Shown one piece after another: positions 20,570 to 29,254 of a DNA stretch of 64,000 bases. The stretch is from Endomicrobiales bacterium (GTDB lineage: Bacteria; Elusimicrobiota; Endomicrobiia; Endomicrobiales; JALOBY01). Each line of letters opens with the position of its first letter. Positions within the stretch are counted from its first letter, which is position 1. The DNA lies in assembly GCA_963796955.1 (NCBI GenBank), contig CAWCNJ010000011.1:1-64000 (forward strand). Reading direction: 5' to 3'. The position numbers and the translations under genes were made by a program. The notes below the pieces were generated by a model that made no database searches, had not been told where the DNA came from, and worked only from the letters and a program-made list of their open reading frames with translations.

Positions 20570-20749
20570 TTATTTTTTGCATTTCGGGCAGACTTTCTGG
20601 TCTTTGCCGTAAGACGTGCCACACTGTTTGCATACTACTATTTCTTTGCCGCACGGCTCGCAAAACGCCGGATCAAAACAACTGAGTTCCAGTTCGGCGT
20701 CACAGTAGGGGCATTTGCACTTCCGGTCTTTATTGCATCCGCAAGCCAT
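20570..20749 (-). CDS. Cys-rich 59-aa zinc-ribbon/metallothionein-like protein (not in the ORF track)
   Basis: MACGCNKDRKCKCPYCDAELELSCFDPAFCEPCGKEIVVCKQCGTSYGKDQKVCPKCKK; SD AGGAG 6 nt upstream; fills the nifU-dsrE gap exactly. Confidence 0.88.
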   Translation of the reverse strand: MACGCNKDRKCKCPYCDAELELSCFDPAFCEPCGKEIVVCKQCGTSYGKDQKVCPKCKK

Positions 20750-20758
20750 GGTGAGCTC

Positions 20759-21136
20759 CTATTTTCCTGTTTTCTTTTTATAATCTTCTATCGCCCTGTG
20801 CAGCGCGTCGGCGCCCAGGTTCGAGCAATGCATTTTATTGGGCGGCAGGCCGCCGAGTTCTACCGCGACCGAAGCGTTGGTGATGTTCATCGCGTCGTCC
20901 AGGGTTTTGCCCTTCGCCAGCTCGCTGACGATGCTGGAGACTGCTATAGCCGCGCCGCAGCCGAACGTTTTATATTTAACATCCTCAAGCTTATTGTCCT
21001 TGACCTTTATGTAGAAGGTCATCATGTCGCCGCAGACGGGATTGCCTATCTCGCCTTTGCCGTCTGCGTCAGGTATCTCTCCCACGTTCCGCGGGTTTTG
21101 AAAATGGTCCATTACTTTTTCAGAATAGAATGGCAT
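20759..21136 (-). CDS. nifU: IscU/NifU-type Fe-S scaffold
   Basis: HFQNPRNVG, GNPVCGD, FGCGAAIA, LPPNKMHCS. Confidence 0.96.
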   Translation of the reverse strand: MPFYSEKVMDHFQNPRNVGEIPDADGKGEIGNPVCGDMMTFYIKVKDNKLEDVKYKTFGCGAAIAVSSIVSELAKGKTLDDAMNITNASVAVELGGLPPNKMHCSNLGADALHRAIEDYKKKTGK

Positions 21137-21154
21137 ACACTTCTCCTTTCAGAT

Positions 21155-22405
21155 CTAAGCTTCACAGCTGTCGCATGCATCGTCGTGGTGGTGGTCGTAA
21201 TCTGTCCCGGGTCCCGCTTCCATGCGCTTACCGGTCTTTTGAAAATGTGCATAGAGCGGCGACATGGCGCGCAGCTTTTCAACGATGGGCGGAAATTCTT
21301 TAAGGAAATAGTCTATTTCTGCGTCCGTCGTATATTTTGAAAGCGTTATCAGCAGAGAACCCTGGCCGAGCGCCGTATCCACATTAATAGCCGTGAGAAC
21401 ATGGGACATTTTGAGCGCTTTATTAGCGCAGGCAGAACCGCTGGTAACAGAAATTCCTTTCGCGTCCAGGAACAACATCATGCCTTCACCTTCTATGAAC
21501 TCCACAGAAAGGTCCACGTTATTGGGCAGGCGATTTTCAGCGCTGCCGTTAAGATAAACATATTTAACCAGCTTTGGCACTTCGTTTATCATCCTGTTCC
21601 TGAGCCTGGCCATCGTGGCGCTCGCGACCGGGATAATTTCTTTCGTTATTTCACACGCCGCGCCCATGCCTATTATCGCCGGCACGTTTTCCGTCCCGGC
21701 GCGCCTGCCGTCTTCCTGAACGCCGCCGTCTATTTGCGGTGTCAGGCGCGTACCTTTTTTAAGATACAGGGCTCCGGCCCCTTTGGGCCCATGAAAAAGC
21801 GAAGCAGAAAGCGACAAAGCGCTGACGCCAAGCGCATTAACATCGAGCGGCACAGAGGCAGCGGCGGCGATAGCATCTGTGTGGAACGGCACGCCGGCTG
21901 CTTGCGCGACCGCAGCTAATTCCTTCACGGGCTGCATGGTGCCTATTTCAGGATTCGCAAGCTGAATGGAAACAAGCACGGTATCAGCCCGCAGTGCCTT
22001 CTTTAGCTCTGCCGGCTCCACCAGCCCCATCGTATTGACTGGAAGCTGCGTCACTTCAAAACCCTGCTGAGACAGCCGTTTAGCGGCGTTCAATACCGAA
22101 AAATGCTCTATACCGGAAACAATAATATGTTTACCCTTCTGGGCGTATGCCTGTGCGATACCCTTAACCGCAAGATTATTGGCCTCCGAGCCGCAGGAAG
22201 TGAACAGTATCTCTGAAGGTTTGGCGCCGATAAATGCGGCTACTTTTGCCCGGGCCGCCTCGATCGCATCTTTGGCAAACATTCCCGGAGAATTCATGCT
22301 CTGCGGATTGCCGTATTCTTCTTTTAAGAACGGCAGCATCATTTCAAGCACGGCATCATCTATACGGGTGGCTGAATTATTATCGAAATAGGCGTTCATG
22401 ATCAC
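21155..22405 (-). CDS. nifS: Cysteine desulfurase (NifS/IscS type)
   Basis: YFDNNSAT, FTSCGSEANN, HGPKG, RAGTEN, TSGSAC; the usual PLP-Lys segment reads SASLFHGPKG. Confidence 0.92.
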   Translation of the reverse strand: MIMNAYFDNNSATRIDDAVLEMMLPFLKEEYGNPQSMNSPGMFAKDAIEAARAKVAAFIGAKPSEILFTSCGSEANNLAVKGIAQAYAQKGKHIIVSGIEHFSVLNAAKRLSQQGFEVTQLPVNTMGLVEPAELKKALRADTVLVSIQLANPEIGTMQPVKELAAVAQAAGVPFHTDAIAAAASVPLDVNALGVSALSLSASLFHGPKGAGALYLKKGTRLTPQIDGGVQEDGRRAGTENVPAIIGMGAACEITKEIIPVASATMARLRNRMINEVPKLVKYVYLNGSAENRLPNNVDLSVEFIEGEGMMLFLDAKGISVTSGSACANKALKMSHVLTAINVDTALGQGSLLITLSKYTTDAEIDYFLKEFPPIVEKLRAMSPLYAHFQKTGKRMEAGPGTDYDHHHDDACDSCEA

Positions 22406-22824
22406 CGTTCCCCTTTTGTTCTACATTTGGCACAGGTTCCGCGGAAATAGCCGTGGATCTCTTTTACTAAATGACCTTCTACCTCTTTGCGGCACAGATT
22501 TGGGCATACTATGTCGATGTCGATGACTTTGCCGCAATCGTTGCAGACAAAATGATGGTGCGGCTTGAGCAGCGCGTCAAAACGGGCCTGCGAGCCGGAT
22601 AACAGCTGCACAACCAGCCCGGTTTCCACGAAATTTTGCAACGTGTTGTAGATCGTGGTTTTTGATATCGTCGGGATCTCTTTTATCAGATGGCGATATA
22701 TCTCTTCGACGGTCGGATGGCTCATGGTGGCAAGCAGATAATCAAGGATCTTAAGCCGTGGGAACGTAGGCTTAATATTCTTCTCTTCCAGCGCCTTCTT
22801 GATTGATTCCCTATTTGTATTCAT
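22402..22824 (-). CDS. perR: Fur-family regulator, PerR-like
   Basis: SHPTVEEIY, ISKTTIYNTL, HHHFVCNDCG, CAKC; heads an oxidative-stress cluster. Confidence 0.85.
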   Translation of the reverse strand: MNTNRESIKKALEEKNIKPTFPRLKILDYLLATMSHPTVEEIYRHLIKEIPTISKTTIYNTLQNFVETGLVVQLLSGSQARFDALLKPHHHFVCNDCGKVIDIDIVCPNLCRKEVEGHLVKEIHGYFRGTCAKCRTKGER

Positions 22825-22827
22825 TTC

Positions 22828-22948
22828 AATTATGATATTACAACTATCGATTTAATTTGTCAAGCGGCATCGGGTTTTACAGCGGGAGAAACTACGGAAG
22901 GTCCCCCATGGCAGTTAATCTTATACTATTGATTTCGCGCCATGTCAA
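22828..22948 (-). promoter_or_regulatory. Tandem sigma70-type promoters for the perR cluster
   Basis: TTGACA-17-TAATAT (22863-22835) overlapped by the imperfect palindrome TTGTAAT/ATCATAA; TTGACA-17-TATAAG (22948-22920). Confidence 0.55.
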
Positions 22949-22953
22949 CGTAA

Positions 22954-23631
22954 TTAACTATCTTTTTTCGCACTAAGGATCGGCAAGGACTGTGTTTTAA
23001 GCCAGCTTATCAGCGCATCATACCCTTCACCCGTCTTTGAGGAGACCTCAAAGAGCGGCGCGTGTTTGTTCACACCGCGCAGCCCTTTCGTAAAGAAATC
23101 TCTGTCAAAATCAAGGATGGAGGCAAGGTCAGATTTGTTCAACACTATTGCGGCGGCTTTTTCGAAAATTAAAGGGTATTTGTAGGGTTTGTCACTGCCT
23201 TCGGTGGTGGCGCAGATCAGCAGTTTCAGGTGTTCGCCTATCTCAAACTCAGCGGGACAGACAAGATTGCCAACGTTCTCTATGAACAAATAGCCGGGTT
23301 CCGGCAGCGCGAAGTTTTCCAGCGCTTGTATCATCATCGGCGCATCCAGATGGCAGCCGCCGGCCGTATTTATCTGAAAAGCAGCCACGCCGGCCTTCTG
23401 AAGCGTTACCGTATCTATGTTCGACTCAATATCACCCTCGATCACGTACGACTTTGCGGGCAGAAGACGTTTTGTTATCTGCAGCAAGGCAGAGGTTTTC
23501 CCGGTGCCCGGTGCGCCCAGAACGTTTACCCCGAAGATCTTACGCTCGCTCAGGCGGCCGTTAAGTTCACGGGCCAGGCGGTCATTCTCTTCATAAATAT
23601 CTTCCATCACATCTATCTTATTATTTTCCAT
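22954..23631 (-). CDS. hypB: Hydrogenase nickel-insertion GTPase
   Basis: GAPGTGKT, VIEGD, GGCHLDA, IENVGNLVCPA, EGSDKPYKYP, NKSD. Confidence 0.96.
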   Translation of the reverse strand: MENNKIDVMEDIYEENDRLARELNGRLSERKIFGVNVLGAPGTGKTSALLQITKRLLPAKSYVIEGDIESNIDTVTLQKAGVAAFQINTAGGCHLDAPMMIQALENFALPEPGYLFIENVGNLVCPAEFEIGEHLKLLICATTEGSDKPYKYPLIFEKAAAIVLNKSDLASILDFDRDFFTKGLRGVNKHAPLFEVSSKTGEGYDALISWLKTQSLPILSAKKDS

Positions 23632-23662
23632 CCGGTAAGTATATCAATTAGGGCGGCGCACT

Positions 23663-25669
23663 TCAAGGAGCGATCTGGTTTTGGGTCAGCACGGTCTGGG
23701 TTACTTTCAGGAAGGAGAGGAGTTTGTTCTCCTGGGCCTGCACCGTATTGCCTTCAGCCGCTAACAGGTTGGTGTGCTGCAGTTTATCACGGCGCCACTC
23801 GTACAGGGCCATCGGTTTATCTCCGGCCTGAAGGAGTACGGAATCCTCATTGACCCAGCCGAACAGGTTGCCGCAACCGATGAAAGCATTCCTGGTACCG
23901 CCGCGGCGGCCAAACGGTGAGGAGCCGAGCGCTGCGTGGGTGCAATCTATTCCCAGCGTATCCACGATCCCGGGAAGAATGTCGAGCTGGCTGGCGACAT
24001 TCGGGTCCCGGCGGGGTTTGATCTTACCGGGGAAATAGAAAAGGCAGGGTATGCGGAAGGAATCTATGACAGACTTTTCATGGTGGCCCTCGCAATGGTC
24101 GGCCACTATCACGAAAAGGGTGTTCTTAAAGTAATCCGCGCCCCGCGCCTGTTTGAAATACTGCCCAAGGGCGGAATCGCAATAATTCAGCGCGTTATAA
24201 TATTCAGCGTTCTCACCGGCAGCTATTTTTTGAAAGCCATCGGGGGTCTTATACGGCGGGTGCGGGTTCAAGGTATACATTACGGCGAGAAAAGGTTTTT
24301 TCATTTTCCTGAATTCGCTGTCCGCCCGCGCAAAGGCGTATTCGTCGTAGACGCCCCAGGAACCGTCAAAACATTTCCCGGGGAGCGGAAAATCCTCTTT
24401 CGCGATATATCTGTCGAAACCGATCTTACGCGAAAAGGCATCAAAACCCATGGAGCCCCGGTGGGCGCCGCAGATAAAAAGTGTCTCATAGCCCTTCTGC
24501 TTCAAAATAGTGCCGATACCTATCACCTTGTTCTGCTCATACACTTTCCCCACCACGGTGCACTGCGAAAATGACGGAAAAGAGCAGAGTATGGAGACCA
24601 CGGCATCCAGTGAGCGCTGTCCCACGGAAAAGAGATCGGTAAAAAGATACCCGTCCCTGGCCAGGGCGTCAAAATTTGGCGTGAGCCCTTTATCGGAGCC
24701 AAGGGCGCCGACTGAATCTCCCGACCAGCTTTCCATAATAAAAATAACCACGTTAGGCGGCGTGCCGGCTGTCTTTTTACCCGGTGTATGGCGAAGCAGG
24801 GGGTAGCGCCCGTTCACGAAAGTCCCATTACCGTCTTCCAGCATCGCTCTGACGTTAGCCACCGCCATATCATAATCATAATTCACTTTCAGCTCCATGC
24901 CGGATTTGTACAACGCCTGCGACATGGTGTAGATCCCGTTGAGGGACAAATGACCCAGGACAATATTATCGTCGGGGAAGGCGTTGGAAACCCGCAACGG
25001 CTTGGACTGCAACCCGCCCCGCCAGCACACGACCGTCAGCGCCGCGATCAGGAACATGTGCAGCGCAGGCGAAACGAAACGACTGTACCCCGTAACGGCG
25101 GGGTATGTATCTGTGGAGCGATGTTGTAAAAACCGGGTAGTCGCGTACCACATAGCACCGATACTACAACCTATAGCAGCCAACTGAAGCGGATATTGTG
25201 ACATGGCAAGGCTTATCATGGAAGGCAGGTCATTACGGGTGTTGATGATATCCATAGCAAGATGGCGGTGCACGAAGCCATAATATTCAAGGTCTATGCA
25301 CAAGATCACCGCTTGCAGTGTCAGCAGAGTAGAGACCAGGTATTTGTAAGCCGTTTGGAACCAACGGGAGAGGACCCATCTTCCCGGGAAAAACAATATA
25401 AGGAATAATAAGGAGTTGATCTGAAAGACGACCGCAAGATCAAAGCGAAACCCGCGAAGGAACGATGCACCTATGTCGAAAAAGGATATTCCAGCGAAGA
25501 GAGGATGGTATTTAAGAAAGAATGCAACCCTGAAACAAACAAATAATAAAAGATTCAACAGCAGTGTTTTTAAAAACGATCCGGCATTTGGATGAACATA
25601 GAATAACCGCTTCCCATCGGTGCATTTACCAGACATTCCCGGCCCCCCACAGCTTCCAGAATTATCCAT
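23663..25669 (-). CDS. LTA synthase-like / sulfatase-family membrane phosphoglycerol transferase
   Basis: N-terminal TM helices with GFRFDL, RGGLQ; PNVVIFIMES, TLNPHPPY, IVADH; start codon uncertain. Confidence 0.88.
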   Translation of the reverse strand: MDNSGSCGGPGMSGKCTDGKRLFYVHPNAGSFLKTLLLNLLLFVCFRVAFFLKYHPLFAGISFFDIGASFLRGFRFDLAVVFQINSLLFLILFFPGRWVLSRWFQTAYKYLVSTLLTLQAVILCIDLEYYGFVHRHLAMDIINTRNDLPSMISLAMSQYPLQLAAIGCSIGAMWYATTRFLQHRSTDTYPAVTGYSRFVSPALHMFLIAALTVVCWRGGLQSKPLRVSNAFPDDNIVLGHLSLNGIYTMSQALYKSGMELKVNYDYDMAVANVRAMLEDGNGTFVNGRYPLLRHTPGKKTAGTPPNVVIFIMESWSGDSVGALGSDKGLTPNFDALARDGYLFTDLFSVGQRSLDAVVSILCSFPSFSQCTVVGKVYEQNKVIGIGTILKQKGYETLFICGAHRGSMGFDAFSRKIGFDRYIAKEDFPLPGKCFDGSWGVYDEYAFARADSEFRKMKKPFLAVMYTLNPHPPYKTPDGFQKIAAGENAEYYNALNYCDSALGQYFKQARGADYFKNTLFVIVADHCEGHHEKSVIDSFRIPCLFYFPGKIKPRRDPNVASQLDILPGIVDTLGIDCTHAALGSSPFGRRGGTRNAFIGCGNLFGWVNEDSVLLQAGDKPMALYEWRRDKLQHTNLLAAEGNTVQAQENKLLSFLKVTQTVLTQNQIAP

Positions 25670-25821
25670 CCCCCCTGCATTCTAAAAAATATACTATATA
25701 GGAACTGCACGTCCGCTTGCCGGACTCTACACGGTACTAACTTTATTCCATATAACAAGAACAACCCGCTATGTTCTATTACGAACATTCGCGGGTTGTC
25801 TGCAAACTTTTGCTTGAACCG

Positions 25822-26280
25822 CTATCGCTTAGCCGGCTGCGGCAACGCAATACCTAATTGCGAAAGAATTCCGGGAAGGCCGGCGTTGGGTACCTTCTCA
25901 ACCTGGAACGTGGAGATCTTATCACCTTCAAAATGGATCTCAACTTTCTCTTTAGGATTGATCGCGTGCTTTTTCGTGGCTCTCACAGCGCGAAGACCAA
26001 GGAAGGGTATGTTCAGCTCTCTGGTATGCGTGCCGCTTACCTGGGCCGTTAGCGTAACGTCGTCGCCGCTTTCATTGAAGCCCTGCGCATCGAAAGACCA
26101 GTCCGGCATAGCGCCGACCATGCCCCGGTGCATTTCCAGGAAATGCTCCTTGTCGACGGGCTCCGGCGTGGGGCCCGAGAACTCAAAGTCATCCGTTAAC
26201 AACTTCTCAGCCTTTGCGAAATCACCATGCTCGATGTTAGAGAAGAACTGTTTAACCAACTCTATTTTAGATTCATTCAT
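25822..26280 (-). CDS. SnoaL/NTF2-like (ester cyclase family) protein
   Basis: ELVKQFF...LLTDDF...AMPDW...SGTHT pattern. Confidence 0.75.
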   Translation of the reverse strand: MNESKIELVKQFFSNIEHGDFAKAEKLLTDDFEFSGPTPEPVDKEHFLEMHRGMVGAMPDWSFDAQGFNESGDDVTLTAQVSGTHTRELNIPFLGLRAVRATKKHAINPKEKVEIHFEGDKISTFQVEKVPNAGLPGILSQLGIALPQPAKR

Positions 26281-26389
26281 AATTGTCACCATCCTTTTAA
26301 ATTATACAACCACACTAACATCATATTCCTTTACCCGAACCTGAGCAATGGCGACCTGCCCTATCTTTATGACTTTATTCTCTTATAAT

Positions 26390-26417
26390 AAAAAAAACGC
26401 CTCACCGATTGAGGCGT
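26390..26417 (-). terminator. Intrinsic terminator
   Basis: Minus strand ACGCCTCA-ATCGG-TGAGGCGT followed by a long T run. Confidence 0.8.
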
Positions 26418-26442
26418 GCGTTCTGGCAGGCACACAGCTATA

Positions 26443-27213
26443 TTATTTTAGATCGTACGCTGAGAGTTTTACAAAAGTAACACCGCGGGCCTTTAATTTC
26501 GGTATCGCGGCAATAACACCCGCGCCGGTCTCTTTTTCCGGGTGATTAATATGAAGGATAATTATTGACCCATGCGAAGCGCCGAGCAAGGCCTTTTCAA
26601 CCTGGGCTTTACGGTAAGTCGCGCCCGCATCGCCAAGCACGCTGAATCCCGCTATCTTAAAACCGAGTTCCCGCACGATCTTTACGGCCACATCATCATA
26701 ATAAGCGGTTCCCGAACGGTAAAAATGCGGTTTTCTGCCGGTCAGCTGCTCGATCTTTTCAGCATTCAGTTCAACTTCATCAACCAGTTCAGCCGGACTA
26801 CCGGTCCCTTTGATACCATACGCGGCCCTGCCGTTCACCGAAGCCGGCTTATGGTTCATCCCGTGATCTTCTATTTCAAAAAGATCGTTCGCCGCTATCG
26901 TTTTGAATGTATCAGGATGCCGGTCTATCCAGCGGGCATTTATAAAGAATGTGGCTGGAATTTTCTCCCTGACAAGAAAATCGAATAACGCCGCATCAAA
27001 ACCATCGCCCTTAGAACCGCAGGCATCGAACGTAAGCGCGATCACGTTATCGGCGGTGTCCAGCCTTGTCAGGACTCCTGCGATATTCTCCCCCCACTTC
27101 GTGGGCTTAACACCTTCATACTTTTCAGCGACCAAGCCTTCCCTGTCTCCGGCAAAGACGGAGGAGCTGCAGAAAAATATGATCAGGAAAACAAGCGACA
27201 CCAGAGTTTTCAT
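26443..27213 (-). CDS. Secreted polysaccharide deacetylase (NodB/CE4, YlxY-like)
   Basis: Signal peptide, IALTFDAC, IEDHGMNH, IIILH. Confidence 0.88.
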   Translation of the reverse strand: MKTLVSLVFLIIFFCSSSVFAGDREGLVAEKYEGVKPTKWGENIAGVLTRLDTADNVIALTFDACGSKGDGFDAALFDFLVREKIPATFFINARWIDRHPDTFKTIAANDLFEIEDHGMNHKPASVNGRAAYGIKGTGSPAELVDEVELNAEKIEQLTGRKPHFYRSGTAYYDDVAVKIVRELGFKIAGFSVLGDAGATYRKAQVEKALLGASHGSIIILHINHPEKETGAGVIAAIPKLKARGVTFVKLSAYDLK

Positions 27214-27229
27214 TTATTTTTAAAGAACC

Positions 27230-27793
27230 TTATTGTTTCATCTGACGGGCTGTTTCTATCGTTTTGCTGATAAGTTCTTTCAGATTTTTATCGTAGAGAG
27301 GATTTTTCAATGAGCCATCCGCTTCAAACGCTTCCTCGCCATGGGCCACCAGCACCTGCGGCTGGGGCGTAACAATAATATTCACGCAGCTGAGTATCTG
27401 CCTGAGATGGTTCTGCCCTCTCACGGTGCCCATGGGACCGCTTGAGGCACCAAATAGAGCGGCGTATTTCCCGCTGAAGGGATTCGGTTTTACTCTGGAG
27501 ACCCAGTCGATGGCGTTCTTAAGCACCCCCGACACTGAATAGTTATATTCAGGAGACGCGATCAGGATCAGGTCGCACGCTTTCACCATCTCTGCCAAAA
27601 TATTAACATTTTCAGGTTTCCCCGCCGAATCAATATCAAAATCATAGAGAGGCATATCCAGAGCCTTCAGATCGGCAACGATCACCTCAGCCCCCGCCTC
27701 AACAGCATATTTCTTCGCCAATTCCAGTAACCGTAAATTACAAGACCCCTTCCTGAGACTCCCGCATATCGCTAATGCTTTAATGTCCGCCAT
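27230..27793 (-). CDS. NADPH-dependent FMN reductase
   Basis: GSLRKGSCN, SPEYNYS, LKNAIDW. Confidence 0.93.
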   Translation of the reverse strand: MADIKALAICGSLRKGSCNLRLLELAKKYAVEAGAEVIVADLKALDMPLYDFDIDSAGKPENVNILAEMVKACDLILIASPEYNYSVSGVLKNAIDWVSRVKPNPFSGKYAALFGASSGPMGTVRGQNHLRQILSCVNIIVTPQPQVLVAHGEEAFEADGSLKNPLYDKNLKELISKTIETARQMKQ

Positions 27794-28268
27794 CTCTATC
27801 CTCTCTAATAAGTTTCACCGGGTCTGGCAGTTTTCTTATATTTGGGATAATTTTTTCGACCAAAACAATTGCTCTTCTAGCAGACTCAAGGTTTCTTTTT
27901 GCGCCTTGCTCAGAAAAACTACTCTTATAATCTGCCATTTCTCTGAGATCCTGTGCTTGGACGAAATCATCATAATACTCTTGAGGCAACAAACCTTTAT
28001 CCACACAAAGGGACTTTATTGCCAAACCCAAATGAAGATGACTTTTTTCACGGTATTTCTTCAAGTACAACAATGCGCGGGTGGCGTGAAAAATAGCGTA
28101 ATACGAAAATACTGTAGCCATCTTATACTTTTTTAATTTAAACACATCTTCGGCATCTTTCAAATCGTCATTTGCTGTCAAAACTTCTTTCATAGCCGCC
28201 AGGGGGCCATCCGCAAACGGCATTATCTTCCTACTGTCTAGTGCATCCTTGATCCTATACTCCTTCAT
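27780..28268 (-). CDS. HEPN-domain protein (toxin partner of MNT)
   Basis: SYYAIFHATRALL, REKSH, LREMADY; overlaps the MNT stop. Confidence 0.85.
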   Translation of the reverse strand: MKEYRIKDALDSRKIMPFADGPLAAMKEVLTANDDLKDAEDVFKLKKYKMATVFSYYAIFHATRALLYLKKYREKSHLHLGLAIKSLCVDKGLLPQEYYDDFVQAQDLREMADYKSSFSEQGAKRNLESARRAIVLVEKIIPNIRKLPDPVKLIREDRDGGH

Positions 28269-28839
28269 ATTCCGGGCTTCCTTTCCAGAGAGTTATGCCT
28301 TTCATTATCTGACCATAAAACACCGAATCGTTTTCTTTGAGTTCCGCAAACTCAAGGGAATCCATAACAATCGGTTTAAGTGGCATTTCAGTCTCAAACC
28401 TACGTATAGTCTTCAAAACAACATCCTTGTTTTCTGTGCGAATAAATAGATCCATGTCGCTTTCCAGAGCATTGGTGCCTGTCGCACAGCTGCCAAACAA
28501 CACTATTTCCCGACAATATTTTTTTATTGAGCTTACCATTTCATTTAGAAATATGGTGTTTTCAAATATTTTAAATTGGCGCAGGATAAAGTTGTCAGAG
28601 TTAATACGATAAAGATACAAATTCCCCTTTTTCTCGCGCGCTATTATATCCAGTTCCCCGAGAAGCCTCAACGCCTTGTTCGTAGCCCCCTTACTTATCT
28701 TAACAGCCCGCTTGATCTCATCAGCAGAAAAAACAGAACCATGCTGAACAGAAACATACGAAAGCACCTGCAAAGGCACTCCATGATACAACTGTTCCTT
28801 GATATGTTTTGCGTTCATTAAAAAGTGCTTAACGTTCAT
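28255..28839 (-). CDS. wHTH + minimal nucleotidyltransferase (MNT antitoxin)
   Basis: ISKGATNKALRLL HTH; LFGSCATG...SDMDL (GS-X10-DxD); ATG at 28839 has SD AGAGGA. Confidence 0.87.
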   Translation of the reverse strand: MNVKHFLMNAKHIKEQLYHGVPLQVLSYVSVQHGSVFSADEIKRAVKISKGATNKALRLLGELDIIAREKKGNLYLYRINSDNFILRQFKIFENTIFLNEMVSSIKKYCREIVLFGSCATGTNALESDMDLFIRTENKDVVLKTIRRFETEMPLKPIVMDSLEFAELKENDSVFYGQIMKGITLWKGSPEYEGV

Positions 28840-28887
28840 TATAACATCCTCTACGTTCATTATAATGAACAATGCAAATTTTGTCAA
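28812..28887 (-). promoter_or_regulatory. Consensus promoter with palindromic operator and three 21-bp-phased repeats
   Basis: TTGACA-17-TATAAT; perfect palindrome GTTCATTATAATGAAC (28855-28870); CGTTCATTA at 28812, 28833, 28854. Confidence 0.8.
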
Positions 28888-28895
28888 GCACTAAA

Positions 28896-29240
28896 TTAAC
28901 CAGAAACCTCTATAGAATCAACGTAGAATTCTTTGCCTATGGGGGAGGGTTCGCCCTGGCCATCACACTTAGGGCAATCGAAGGAGTATGGTTTCTTAAA
29001 GAAAGTTATACCGCATTTGTCGCATTTCAGCTGGGGTTTTATGTAGGTTATGGAAAGTTCCGCGCCTTCGGCGGGGGTGCCTTTGGCGAGCATCTCGAAG
29101 TACATCTGGATGGAATCGCCGATGAAACCGGACATTTCCCCCACTACCAGATTTACCCGGGATATCTTTTTGGCGTGCTGTTTTGCGGCCGCGTCTACGG
29201 CGATCTTGATTATCTGCTGGGTAACGCCGTATTCATGCAT
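28896..29240 (-). CDS. hypA: Hydrogenase nickel chaperone
   Basis: MHE N-terminus, CDKC and CPKC zinc site, GKEFYV. Confidence 0.96.
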   Translation of the reverse strand: MHEYGVTQQIIKIAVDAAAKQHAKKISRVNLVVGEMSGFIGDSIQMYFEMLAKGTPAEGAELSITYIKPQLKCDKCGITFFKKPYSFDCPKCDGQGEPSPIGKEFYVDSIEVSG

Positions 29241-29254
29241 ACGCTATACAGCTA

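Noticed and set aside
20216..21340. 374-aa plus-strand ORF
   Set aside because: Antisense to dsrE, the Cys-rich ORF, nifU and nifS, all of which have clear motifs and SD sites
28812..28870. CRISPR-like or iteron array
   Set aside because: Repeats are only 9-13 bp with a 21-bp period and no cas or rep gene; better explained as operators
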